Shown here one piece after another: positions 51,255-64,000 of a DNA stretch of 64,000 bases; the stretch's first letter is position 1; the number at the start of each line of letters is the position of its first letter. The notes beneath the pieces were generated by a model. It made no database searches. It saw nothing but the letters and a program-made list of their open reading frames with translations, and had not been told where the DNA came from. This DNA comes from Mustelus asterias (taxonomy: Eukaryota). The stretch spans positions 71,486,001-71,550,000 of the forward strand of contig NC_135822.1 in NCBI RefSeq assembly GCF_964213995.1. The letters are read 5' to 3'. The position numbers and the translations under genes were made by a program.

Positions 51255-51849
51255 TGGTGATGTGGTCCCTTTAAGGGGGCATTCCCTGAGGGCCACCTGA
51301 TTGGGCCAGACTGTATGGAGTGTCGAGGCGGGAAGCCCGAGCCAATCGAGTGCGAGGGTGCAGATCAGGAAGGATTCTCAGTTGGAGCCAGGGAGGAGTA
51401 GTGTACAGCCGTATAGTTGTTCTTTCTGACCCTATTAGTGTAAATGCTTATTTATTGGTTGGCAGTAAAGTTTAAAGTAAAAAAGTAAAGTTTTGTTTTA
51501 AAGTAAAATAAAATAAAGTGGGCAGCATGGTGGCACAATGCCAGAGACCCGGGTTCGATTCCTGGCTTGGGTCTGTCTGAAGTTTGCACGTTCTCCCCAT
51601 GTCTGCGTGGGTTTCCTCCAGTTGCTCCGGTTTCCTCCCGCAGCCTGGTGCTGGTTAGGGTGCATTGATCCGAACAGGCGCCGGAGTGTGGCGACTAGGG
51701 GAATTTCACAGTAACTTCATTGCAGTGATAATGTAAGCCTTGCTTGTGACGAATAAATAAACTAAAAAAACCTTTAAATGCTTATTTATTGGTTGGCAAT
51801 AAAGCCTTTGTTACTTTAAGCCACATAGACTTGCCTCCGTTTTATTACA
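51255..51849 (+). mobile_element. Probable solo LTR containing a SINE
   Basis: TG...TTACA ends flanked by CTCTG direct repeats (51250-51254, 51850-51854); AATAAA near the 3' end. Confidence 0.55.
51520..51774 (+). mobile_element. V-SINE, tail type B, with 30-bp flanking duplication
   Basis: Head GGGCAGCATGGTGGCAC...GGTTCGATTCC; flanks 51441-51470 and 51775-51804 match at 29/30. Confidence 0.85.
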
Positions 51850-52859
51850 CTCTGTTTCCTCTGAGCAATGGTTCAAAATCCTGGAACTCTCTCCTGAACA
51901 ACATGTGGGTGCACCTACAACACATGGATTGCAACAGTTCAAGAAGTCAGCTCACCATCATCTAGCCATCGATTCCCACATCCCATGAATGAATTAGAAA
52001 AATACACGACATTACTGTTTTCAGTTGATAGCTGGTTTGTTTCACTTAACAATGCAAGCAAGCAATACCTATTCTTTCATTAAAAGTTGAAATGTTTCTT
52101 GAACAGTAAACTTCCCCTCTCACTTCTACGAATGAACTGTTATTAAAAATATTTATTGATTATCGAGCACAATAAAAAAGATCTCTTCAATAGTGCACCA
52201 AGTTCAGACGACTTGGCCATTAGAAAGCAAAAACAAACACTTTTAGACTTCATTTAGTTCATGATACTCGTTCACACAAATGACATAAGTGAAAGACAGA
52301 ATGTCTCTATCCCTTGTACTTTCTCAGCTTCATTTACCTAAACTCCTCTGCTCATTGTGATCTTTTATTATATCACAGAGTTTTACAATACTGAACTAAA
52401 ACTTGATTCATTTGCATTCGTATTTCTGCAATGTCTACCAGCGCTTGCTGTCATGATCCGTTTTATGAAGTTCATATTCCTCCTGACACCTCCAGCTAAA
52501 ACTGTTCTTCTAGCATGATCTCAATTTAGTACTGTTCAACTGAGGGTCACATGCATTCCAACAGTTACATGATTGGAATGATAAAGATTTTGAATTTTAA
52601 TACTTTTTCAGAGTATTGCATTGTTCAGGTGCATTCCTGAAAATAAAGGGCACCTTTTGACCACATCTAAAATTCACCTTGAATTTTTCTTGACTTGATC
52701 AAATCTATAATCCCGCAATGATTTTATGCTCAGTTATATATGTGGAATTAAAATGCAAAGTGCACATCTTTGACATATGCTCGATCATTCTGTATTGGCT
52801 GCAGCCCTGTTTGCTGTTTATCTCTTGCAAAACGTAGCAATGAAGTATTGTTATGACCA

Positions 52860-53490
52860 ATAACAACAACTTATATTTGTTTAGCACCTTTGACTGATAA
52901 AACATTCCAAGACCCTTCACAGGAGCATTTTAAAAGCAAATAGGACCCCGAGCCACATAAGAGGTAGTTGGTCTGACAATCAATCAAATGGAATCTCAGT
53001 GAAAGAGATAGAAGTGAAGGTGAGTGTTAAAGGAGAAAAGCAAGATCCAGAGGGAGAGCTACAGGTAAGGAGTTCTAGAGCTTAGGACTGAGGCATCTGG
53101 AGGTTGGAGCAACTAAAATCATGGATGCTGAAGAACCCAGAATTAGCGGAACATGGATATTTCACGGAGTTGTGGAGTGAGATGAGATTTCAGAGATAGG
53201 GAGGGGCAATGCCATGGAGGTATTTATAAACAATGATGGAAACATTGAAGTCAAGATGTTAATTGACCAGAAGCTAAAATAAGGCAGAGATCACAAGGGT
53301 GATAGGGAAATGAGACTTGCTTTGAGTTAAGGTACTGGTAGCAGGGTTTTGGAATACCTCAAATTTATAAGGGGTGAATGCGGGCGACCGGCCAGGAGTG
53401 AGTGCTATGGAATAATCAAGTCTAGACTTAACTAAGGCATGAAGAAGGGTTTCAACTGAAGGTGAGCCAAGGCAGGGGCATAGTTGGCTG
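52860..53490 (-). mobile_element. L2 LINE 3' fragment
   Basis: LCPCL...ETLLHALVKSRLDYS..., the L2 motif. Confidence 0.75.
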
Positions 53491-53493
53491 ATA

Positions 53494-53640
53494 TTGCTGA
53501 AAAGTGATGGAAGCTGAAGCTTTCGGTCTTGCACTCATCAGGAAAGCAAGAATGCCGACTTTCAAGTGATCATTTTGAAACAAAGGGTGCTGATTGGCTG
53601 GCAAGTTGACTTTGATTGGCCAGGGCATTAACATGGAAAA
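53494..53640 (-). mobile_element. Second-family Penelope 3' fragment with hammerhead-like motif
   Basis: Similar to 19208-19450; minus strand CTGATGAGTGCAAGACCGAAAGCTTC. Confidence 0.55.
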
Positions 53641-53778
53641 AGGAATTGGGAACTTCCAATTAGGTTTCCCAAAATCCCAGGTAATTCAAAAAAGTGTAAA
53701 GTTCGGATATATCTTTTTTACAGAGCATGGATCTTTGTGTATGCTTGTATGACATTTCGAGCAAGTGTAAATTTGATG

Positions 53779-54522
53779 TTTTGATTTGATTTGATTTATT
53801 ATTGTCACATGTATTAACATACAGTGAAAAGTATTGTTTCTTGCACACTATACATTCAAAACACACTATTCATAGAGAAGGAAACGAGAGAGTGCTGAAT
53901 ATAGTGTTACAGTCATAGCTAGGGTGTAGAGAAAGATCAACTTAATGCAAGGTAAATCCATTCAAAAGTCTGACAGAAGCAGGAAGAAGCTGTTCTTGAG
54001 CCGGTTGGGACGTGACCTCAGACTTTTGTATCTTTTTCCCGAAGGAAGAAGGTGGAAGAGAGAACGTCCGGGGTGCGTGGCGTTCTTAATTATGCTGTCT
54101 GCTTTGCTGAGGCAGCAGGAAGTGTAGACAGAGCCAATGGATGGGAGGCTGGTTTGCGTGGTGGATTGGGTTACATTCCATAAGACCATAAGACATAGGA
54201 GCGGAAGTAAGGCCATTCGGCCCATCGAGTCCACTCCACCATTCAATCATGGTTGATTTCAACTCCATTTACCCGCTCTCTCCCCATAGCCCTTAATTCC
54301 TCGAGAAATCAAGAATTTATCAATTTCTGTCTTGAAGACGCTCAACGTCTCGGCCTCCACAGCCTTCTGTGGCAATGAATTCCACAGACCTACCACTCTC
54401 TGGCTGAAGAAATTTCTCCTCATCTCTGTTCTACGTAGTTCCTTTTGATCTTGGGCAGAGCAGGAGCCATACCAAGCTGTGATACAACCAGAAAGAATGC
54501 ATTCAATGGGGCATCTGTAAAA
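53779..54522 (-). mobile_element. Rex1/Babar-like 3' part with nested CR1 3' end (~54178-54432)
   Basis: CITAWYG and LPSGKRYKSL on minus; CATAAGACCATAAGACATAGG CR1 tail inside. Confidence 0.85.
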
Positions 54523-55489
54523 GTGAATGTAAAAGTAAATGAACCACGTTATGGGTTCCACTGATTACCTTAAATTGGTTGTTAGTGTAGCTATTAGTGC
54601 AGTCCTGCCCAATCATGGAATCACACGGAATAGAAGTTTTGTTTTGGGTTTTGTAAATGCAGAATTGTTGAGTATACCCAGTACTGTGCTTATTACGGAC
54701 AACCAAACATGTTGTTTGATTTGGTATGCCAGTTGTTGGGACTTACAACCTAAGTACCTGGCATTACATCACCACTGAAATCCATGTGCATGTTTCTCAA
54801 TTGTGTTCAGCAGAAGGTCATTCTGGACCGATGGCAGCATCCTGTTAGTGGAAAATACACTCACCATTGCTTTCTGCACAGCAATGCTTCGACTAATGGT
54901 AGACAATTTGCCAATCAGCAACTTTTTCACTTGAAGCATAAATTGTTACGATCCTTTAAAATTAGGCCTTCTTGCATTTGTCCTGAACAGTACAAGGTGA
55001 CAAGCTGAGGCAACATGTCTCTCTTTTCAGCAATATTCAAGTTCTGTACTACCAAGTGATGTTACGGAGGTGGAAATAGGCGCTGCATGAATATGATGTC
55101 AGAGGTTTGTCTCGGGGGAAAATATAACAATCAGATTGTGAACAGAGTGGCTTAATTTGAGACTATTTCCAAGGAGGGGGATAAAGTCAGCAGCCAGGGA
55201 ACAGGATTTGCAGTGGTGACCAAAAACAATGGCTTCAGTGTTTAATTGGAGGGAATTTCTGCTCATCTAAACTGGATGTTAGAAACACAGTCTAATTGTT
55301 TAACAATAATGGAGTCATCAAGGAGGTGGTGCTGAGGAGAGGTGGGTTTCTTCAGTGTACATGTGAAAATTAATATTGTGCGATTGTATGCTTTAGAACC
55401 AAGCAGAGTAATGCATATAGAGTGAGGTCGAACACAGAATAAAATTGTAATTTTATTTATTATTATAATTATTAAAAAATTATGTTTGG

Positions 55490-57790
55490 TGTTGTGGGTT
55501 TTAACAGAAAAACAAAAGATGTGGTTTTGCCCTCATAGACTCAAACACACAACAGGTTTGATTGAAGAACTGCTCGCTGCACTGCATCAAATACCAAACT
55601 GAAAGTAAAACAGCAGCCTAATGACATCATCTCATCATGTGATCAGCTCTTAAAGCAACCTGCAACACTTTTAAATATATAACATCCCTCCCCCCTTTAC
55701 GACTGTGGTCGTGACAACAAATTACTTTGATGTTATACCTAGGATCAGTAATTCTCAAGACACAGTACTATACATCATTAATCATCATACACAGTCAACA
55801 AGAAACAAGAAAGTTGATGAGGAAGATGTCTATTTCTCTTTGGTTGTATATGACGTTCTGGAATTTGGCTGACCTTGACCCTAAAAGTATGATTTGGAAC
55901 TTCAATAGACACTTCTTCCTTGTAACTATTTCTGTATCGTTCTCACTTGATATATTAGCATAGACACAATCATCAGGCAACTCAGATTCAACTAGGTCTT
56001 CTGTAGTCGTACTCACAACGCTAGGGACTAAAGAAGTTGGTACTTCTGGAGATGATTCTAACAGGTCATATTGAGAGGATAACAATTGTTCAGCATGGTG
56101 TCGCCAAACTAGTTCATCTTCAATCTGAACAGTGCAAGAAATTGGACCAGTTTTTGCTTAAACTACGGCTGGTACCCATTTCTCACTCATAGCATAAATA
56201 TGTTCGAACACTTGATCTCCTTGTTGGTGTGAGCATTGTTTTTTCCCCACTTCTTGTCTAGCAACTTGAGATTGTTGTTGACACTCTATTATCTCTTAGT
56301 TTTTGGGAGGTTATAACACTTCAAACATAGTTCTTAATTTTCTCTTTCAGAGTAGTAATACAGGTGAACTTTGGGTAATGAGTAGTGTTTCTATAAGATA
56401 CCAAGAAACTACTGATATGATGTGGTAATGAACCTTGCTCTGTTGAAGCTTTTACAGAATGTTTCAAGGATTGTATGAATACTTCAGTTAATCCATCGAT
56501 TGATGGATGATAAGGTGCAACTTTTAAATGCTGAATACCATTTACTTTGAGATAATCCTTAAACTCTGGCGAAGGAAACTGTGAATCATTAGTGCTAACA
56601 ATATGTTCTGATTTACTAAACCTTGCAAAAATTTTGTCAAGTTTTTCAATGGTTTGTTCAGACGCAGCAGATCTCATGATAACAACTTCTGGTCACTGTC
56701 AGTAAGCATCAGTTATGATTAAGAACATATAACCCTCAAACAGACCAGTAAAATCTACATATAAACGTTACCATGGCATTTTAGGCAGTTCCCAAGGATG
56801 TAAAGAAGACAACAGTGACGTATTTCTTTTTCAAAGTTTCAAAGTTTATTTATTGGTGTCACAGGCTTACATTAACACTGCAATGAAGTTACTGTGAAAA
56901 TCCCCGAGTCGCCACACTCCAGCGCCTGTTCGGGTACACTCAGGGAGAAGTTAGCACGGGAGAATGTGCAGACTTGGCATAGATAGTGACCCAAGCTAGG
57001 AATCAAACCCGTGTCCCTGGCACTGTGAGGCAGCTGTGCTAACCATTGTGCCACCGTGCCACCCTCTTGCACAGGAATGACATTTTCGCACTTTTTCTTC
57101 AATCTGAGCATCCGGACCCAGCCACCAAAAATAATGACATGCTAATTCCTTTATCCTAGGATGTCCTTCATGTAGCTGTTCAAGAACTCTTTCATGTAGA
57201 CCAGGAGGAACTAACACTTGGATTCCCCTCAGTAGACGCCCACCTTGGATGGTCAACTCATGCTTTGTTGACGCATTTAGTTTCAATTCAGGATGTGGAC
57301 GATGCCTTCCAGCGATTGTTCCTTTCAATCCCATACACATCACCTTCCCCATCACAGAATCATTTCTGGTATGACTCTGAATTTGAGAAGCTGTCACTGG
57401 CAAATGGGCTATATGTGAAAAATAAAGAATATTAATAAAACTAGTTGGTGGTATCTGCTCAATAGGTAAAGGTAAGTGTGATAATGCATCAGCATTAACA
57501 TGGCACTCTGATCAATGATACTTTATATTGTATGAATGTGTAGATAAGATCAGTGACCATCCTTGCAATCGACTAGCAGCTAACGACGGTATGCCTTTAT
57601 ATGTCCCAAAAATAGTAGTTAGAGATCGATAATCAGTCAATAATGCGAAATAGCGACCATTTAAATAATAATGAAATCTTCACACACCAAAAATTGTACA
57701 CAATGTTTCTTCTTCCAGCTGAGCATTGTTAGATTCAACATGAGTAAGAGTTGTTCTTCTGAAGCCATAATATATGAAACGACTGTCTCT
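55490..57790 (-). mobile_element. 5'-truncated Ty3/Gypsy LTR retrotransposon: RNase H, integrase, PPT and 3' LTR
   Basis: AQLEEETL..IFGV.RFHYYLNGR; NADALS; LHEGHP; YHPSIDG.TE; PPT (reverse of TCCCTCCCCCCTTT, 55685-55698) abutting the LTR TGTTG...TAACA at 55490-55684. Confidence 0.9.
56831..57064 (-). mobile_element. V-SINE, tail type B, inserted in the Gypsy integrase
   Basis: Head and tail motifs; internal deletion. Confidence 0.85.
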
Positions 57791-57807
57791 ACTTCATAAG
57801 GTGGGCC

Positions 57808-57999
57808 CTCTGAAATAAATAGGGAAAATTTTGGCTTTTGAAAAATTGGCTTAATGAAAATGAGATCTGCATTTGTGTTTTGTGATTGTTGAGCAAAGAA
57901 GGTTGCTTGTTTATTAATGACAATAAATAGTCTTCCCCTTCAAGTCAGCTTTTTCACTCAGAAGCATTTCTAGTCTTGGTTTGCAGTAACAAGGGTAAT
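57808..57999 (+). repeat. Copy 2 of the ~200-bp direct repeat
   Basis: Matches 50114-50312, about 85% by eye. Confidence 0.92.
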
Positions 58000-59464
58000 T
58001 AACTTTGATGCTGGAGCCAGGGACCTGCTGTGCTATCTGAATCTCAGGAAAGTCGGGCAAGACACGTGTCTCGCACGTTAAGCGCAGATAGGTTGGTACT
58101 GAGTAGCATTGCGCCACTCATTGCCACTCTGAGGAACCTGTGGCCCAAAATATTATAACTAACATTATCCATGATCCAAATACTGAATTGGTAAAAAATT
58201 ATATATTCCAAAATAGCATCCCTGGAATAAAATGTGCTCTGTCTTCTCACAGTGAGTAATGCCTTGGACGATCAGCTTCTGTTATAATTTTCACTGATAT
58301 TCCAATTTTTAGTGTTTCACACATAATAAAATATTGAATATGATTATAATATAACATTTCGATTTAAGCTTCAAAGGGAAATTCATAACCAGAAAGATTA
58401 ATGATTCACCATTAAATTTTTGACCTTGTTCACTATAGAACATTCAGTAAGGGTTATGAATCGTGTATTAAAAATTAAATATCAATATCAAATTTTATCC
58501 ACTCCTTGAAGTTATTTTTTGAAGTTGGATAGTGTTTTCTAAGTAGCATTACTCCTTAATTTTCAGATATTTTGAAATAACATTTAAAACCACCTGGTGC
58601 CAAGTCTGCTGTGCTGAAAAACAAATTCCAAGCTACCTTTTCAGGACAAAAAGAAAACAAACAGAAACGTTTCTTTTATTCTCCTAATATCCCCTGAAAG
58701 TAATCTTTGGTCATGTGCCAATTCTGAACGGGAATTTAGCAGGTGCATTATCTACTCCCGAGCCTCTCCTGGTACGATTCGAAGTTAGCAACTACATAGT
58801 TGTACAAAAGCAGACTCAGAGCAACAGTTTTCTTTTCCTGGTCCTTCCCTTCAGTGGGACAGGTGTTGCCAAGTTGGTGCTTGTAAAATTGTCTGTTAAA
58901 AAGGTGGTGTTTTTCAAAAAAAAAAATGCAAGTACACGGTGAGCCCAAAGTGAAACATCGTATCAAAGGCCAAAACAGTAGGTGTTGCCAAAACAACAGG
59001 CTGTTTTGAATTTTAGCCAATCAGCTTAAATTAGGCACTGAGATACCAGCAACTATCAGATTTGAAATTGCTGTTTTGGTAACCTGAGAACCAATCCTGT
59101 TGTGCAAAATATTGAGATATCATCAAGGGTATAAGAGACGTGGCGGGGGGGGGGGGGGGGGCAGCAGTGAGACAAACAGGAGAGTACCTGCTACCTTCCG
59201 AATGATAGCTTTGTTCAGCTCTCAGAGAGAGAGAGATACCGGCTGGTTCTCATAGCTGCATTTATGTCTTAAAAGAAAGCCTCATCTCGATAGTGAAGAT
59301 AGCAAAAGAAGACAGAAGTTCCAGAAGACGACAAACCTTGTTGTAATTTAGAGTGACTAAAAATTCTACTTTATTGTTAATAAGTGGGAATTGTATTTAT
59401 CTAAACAACATTCCATTAAAACAGTGTTTTATTCGGTTTGTTAATAGTTTAGTTAACCTGTTGA

Positions 59465-59620
59465 CACCCACCACTGTAGCAGGTCGGATCTCAAACAATG
59501 ATGAGACGGAGTACAGGAAATAGAGAATCTGGTGAAATGTGCGGTGACAATAATCTCTCCCTCAATGTCAACAAAATGACGAAGATGGTCATCGACTTCA
59601 GGAAATGTAGAGGAGGATGT
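59465..59620 (+). mobile_element. Rex1/Babar-like internal fragment
   Basis: NNLSLNVNKMTKMVIDFRK. Confidence 0.75.
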
Positions 59621-62600
59621 GCTGGTTCCGACCATTGCATGAATTATTGTGGGCAGGGCAGAAAATTTGATAGACCATTTAAATTTCTGGTCTTGGGGCA
59701 GGTGCAACTGGAAAGTCGTGCCCATTATCATTCAACAAAACCCTATACGAACAATAATACTGCCATTTGCATAACTTCACCTCATTATGCTCTTTTCAGA
59801 AACTAGTCAGCATTTCCACAAAAGCAGTCTCAAGTTTTCTTTCCTCCTTTCCTGGATCCCTGCATTCTAGATTCTTCAACCTTATTAATTGTAGATAAAT
59901 GTACTTTGAACTGAGAAGTCTACGATTTCAAAGCGGGAAGATCCCAGAATGGAATCTTGGTTCAAAAGATTGTAACTTTTGCTTTTTCTTATAAAATATG
60001 GAGAGACAGAGTCACAAGACTGCTAATTCGTTTTAACAAGAAGAAAACAACATTTCTTAAATATTAAAAAATGATTATACAGTACTCATTTACTCCCCCC
60101 TTATATAATAATTACAAAGTACATCTTAAGTTACAATGATCTCATTAACACAAAGTCCCTTTCAGCACACAGATTGGCTGTGGTCAAATACACACATGCC
60201 GCTCTGAACCCAAGATAGTGTCTGTGGATTTCTCCTTAGAATTCCCTCAGATGATTGTGACATGAGGGTTCCAAATTCTACTCCCAAAAAACATGTTGTA
60301 AAACCTTGGTTTACAATAATGCTTTCCAGTAGCTGTAGCGTTCTGAAATCCAGTCCAGGTTTTCCAATGACACCTTTAAACAAAGCTTCCACTCCACTTT
60401 TAACAGCAAACACAGTTCAGAATTTATACCAACCTCTTAAGGATTTGTCTTGACTGCTGTATAAACTGTTCAGAATTGTGTTAACTCTTACTTCCCAAGC
60501 TGTTATTAAAATGGCGTCAAATGTTTGAATTATCTCTGAAGTTGGTGATCCCACGTTAAATCTGGTTACTGCAATTGTCTCTTTAACTCAGAACGATTTG
60601 CTTACTCTTTCTTGAATTCTTCTGTCAAGCACCTTGGTCTCTGTTCTTTTAACTCCAGTCGTCTTAGACATTCTTTTTGTCCCAGTTCCCTGGTTATCTG
60701 GACTCTAGGATGCCTCCCTCTTTGCAGCTCCAGCTTCTTCTGGCAGAGTTAAGTGTTGTTCACTGCCCAGTGTCCTGTCTCCAACTATAATATAGCCAAC
60801 TAAAATTTAAATGCTTATACTTCAGTGAAATTGGCTTGTCGACTGACTGAATAAGTTGAAAATATAGAGAAGCATTGTAGGTGGGGTTATAATATAGAGC
60901 AAAGCTGCATCAAGGAAAATACAACAAATATTTTACACAGTCTTTTTCCTCATTTCGTTTAACCCGTTAACCTGGATGCAGCCAATAGGATTCTCGAAGG
61001 TGATCATCAGTTTGATATTGATCATTCTATTCAATTCCAAGAGGGCAACTTGGAGTAAAGTGAAATGGGTAGAATTGGCCTTTCCCACCTAGATTCTTCA
61101 TTCCGATAACTAATTGATTGCAAAATGGTATAATGGCAGGAGTGTGGGGTGGGGGTGGGGAGGGGTGCACCTGGGTAAAATGCTTTTTCAGAGAGTCGGT
61201 GCAGACTTGATGGGCCGAATGGCCTCCTTCTGCACTGGAGGGATTCTATGGTTCTGTTCTGTGGTCCTTAGAATTACCCTTGTCACTGGCCAGAATTAAG
61301 TTTTCAAAGAAAGGATCTTCTGCATTACAGATTAAAGGGTTGCAAACCTTTGTGAATATAACCTCCTCAAATTAGTTTGCAGATGTTCTGAACTAGCAAT
61401 TCTAGCTGAATTGGAAAGCCTTTGAGTAATCTCCAATTGGAGGTTAAAGGGGCTCTAGGTTGTTGAGATTTGATGCTGCAAAAAGCCTGAGAAGTTGGGG
61501 TAGCAGTGTTGGTTGGTAAACTTAGTGCATCCAGATTTTAAGTCCCAGCATCATCTACTCACTTGTAAGCCTGAATCGTTGGTGCAAACAAGATCATATT
61601 ACATTGTTTCCTTGTCACATCCTGATTATAAAAATATCTAGCACAGTTTAAATTTCTTTCTCAAATTGTTTGTCTGAGACACTCTTGTTTTAATGGAATT
61701 TTGGTGTGTGTTCATGCCACAGATGTCAGGGCTAGAAATCATGCCAAGTTGGTAGATGGCGCTATCCAGAAAAGTTGTGATGAGAGAAGTCTGCTTTCAA
61801 TGTTGTAAAAGTGTGAAAGACATGCAAGAAAGCTGCAGGGACTGCCATGGGGCACAGAGAGTGTGAGAGATGTAGAGTAAACTCTGTGTGGGCACTTATG
61901 GTTAAGGATGAATGTTATAAAGAACTCACCTAGTTGATCAAAAAACTGAGAATTAATTAATGCATGGCAAAAGTCAGAATACCAAGAATGAGCACAGCAG
62001 ATGTAGTACAATGCGAATTCTTAACATAATGAATGTTGATGCTATACTGTGTATTTTGAGATGATTAAAGCTCGATCTTCTATTTTTGCATTGCACGCCA
62101 AACCATGAGATACAACCATGATTCATCATGGGACTCTGTGTATTCAGAAGCTATGAATAGTGGCAACAGTGTTTTGAAATGAGCACAAAATATGGCAACA
62201 ATTTGTGAAAAACTTTGCCAAAGGTTGCCCTAGTTGCAAAGTTCAATCGGATGTTGATTTCTGCGTGTGACACTCCACATGGTCTTGACAAGTCCTTCCT
62301 CCGACCTGATTATCAGAAAGCATTCAACAGAGGCTAGACACTTGGCCAATGTGAGGACAGAGGACATAACTGTGTAAAGCTTTCCAGAAACTCCTCGTAA
62401 GGTGAGGCAGCTGGGGGGGCTCACAAGAGGTAAAGTCGTCTATTAGGAACAGAAAATTATCAATGATTAAAGCTTGGTAAGTAATCAATGGTGCAAGTTA
62501 TGAGTCCTTACATGTTATTGGCTGACTCGAGAACAGTGACCATGTCCTGATCTGAACTGTCATCACTTTTTTTTGCTCGGTCTCAAATGTTTCCACAATT

Positions 62601-62899
62601 TTTATAGTTTCCACATAATTAGTTGTTTGTTTTGCACAGCCTAAAACAACATGGATAGCTCGTAAAGATGCATTTTTATCAGTGGACTTTGCACTGTGTT
62701 CTGTTATTCTCATTAGTAATTGTCATCCTGGATGTGGAACGGCTGTAGACCTTTTAACAACAATTTTATCCTGCCAGAACCGAGATAAATATAAGCACGC
62801 TCTTCTGTAGATAAATAACATTGAATGTTTTTGTGGAAGAGCAAATATGCATTTGAGTGCTTTAACCCGTTTATTAACCGAAACAGGTTAAACCCACAA

Positions 62900-64000
62900 G
62901 TGAGGTGCCTGAAGGTTGGAGGGTGGCAAATGTTGTGCCTTTGTTTAAGAAGGACTGCAAGGAAAAGCCTGGGAACTACCGGCCGGTGAGCCTCACATCT
63001 GTAGTGGGTAAGTTGTTAGAAGGTATTCTGAGAGACAGGATCTACAGGCATTTAAAGACGAAAGGACTGATTAGGGACAGTCAGCATGGCTTTGTGAGTA
63101 GAAAATCATGTCTCACAAATTTGATTGAGTTTTTTGAAGGGGTAACAAAGAAGGTAGATGAGGGCAGTGCAGTTGATGTTGTCTACATGGACTTTAGTAA
63201 GACCTTCAACAAGATGCCACATGGTATGTTGTTGCATAAGGTTAAATCTCACAGAATCCAGGGTGAGGTAGCCAAATGGATACAAAATTGGCTTGATGAC
63301 AGAATAATAAGTCTCACAACACCAGGTTAAAGTCCAACAGGTTTATTTGGTAGCAAAAGCCACTAGTTTTCGGAGCGCTGCTCCTTCGTCAGGTACTGTG
63401 TTTACCCCAGTCCAACGCCGGCATCTCCACATCTTGATGACAGAAGACAGAGAGTGGTTGTCGAGGGTTGTTTTTCAAACTGGAGGCCTGTGACCAGTGG
63501 TGTGCCTCAGGGATTGGTGCTGGGTCCACTGTTATTTGTCATTTATATTCATGATTTGGATCAGAATTTAGGAGGCATGGTTATTAAGTTTGCAGATGAC
63601 ACCAAGATTGGTGCCATAGTGGACAGTGAAGAAGGTTATCTAGGATTACAACGGGATTTGATCAATTGGGCCAGTGGGCTGACGAATGCCAGAGGAGTTT
63701 AATTTAGATAAATGCAAGGTGATGCATTTTGGTAGATCGAACCAGGGCAGGACTTACTCAGTTAATGGTGGGGCATTGGGGAGAGTTACAGAACAAAGAG
63801 ATCGAGGGGTACATATTCATAACTCCTTGAAAGTGGAGTCACAGGTGGACAGAGTGGTGAAGAAGGCATTCGGCATGCTTCGTTTCATTGGTCAGAACAT
63901 TGAATACAGGAGTTAGGACGTCTTGTTGAAGTTGTACAAGACATTAGTAAGGCCACACTTGGAACACTGTGTACAGTTCTGGTCACCCCATTATAGAAAG
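62900..64000 (+). mobile_element. CR1 RT region (continues beyond window), interrupted by a Penelope mini-insertion
   Basis: [29 protein letters not shown]. Confidence 0.93.
63305..63432. mobile_element. 128-bp internally inverted Penelope pseudo-LTR insertion with hammerhead motif
   Basis: 13-bp TSD CTTGATGACAGAA (63292-63304, 63433-63445); minus strand CTGACGA-A-GGAGC-AGC-GCTCC-GAAA. Confidence 0.88.

Noticed and set aside
59144-59161. Long poly-G run
   Set aside because: Simple homopolymer, possibly of unreliable length; nothing further supportable

Overview
Eukaryotic vertebrate DNA, almost certainly an elasmobranch (shark): HE1-type V-SINEs, SacSINE1-like DeuSINEs and HER1/CR1 LINEs point to this, but the species cannot be determined. 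The only host gene I can support is PEBP4 on the + strand. Its coding exons are 3259-3390 (signal peptide, non-canonical GC donor) and 13759-13891, followed by an intron running past the window end (>50 kb; the DPDAP/HWLV exon was not found by eye). The rest is mostly nested transposable elements: CR1, Rex1/Babar and L2 LINEs, Penelope-like elements with hammerhead-ribozyme motifs, a truncated Gypsy, solo LTR-like sequences, Harbinger relics and TIR elements, and two SINE types with different 3' tails. The most unusual segment is an unclassified, decayed, strand-skewed coding element at about 5.76-9.08 kb. It carries a 129-bp micro-inversion and a ~270-bp inverted duplication, and is a candidate endogenous viral element or unknown TE. 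No prokaryotic systems (CRISPR etc.) are present. Identities and family calls are by eye and recall, not database searches.
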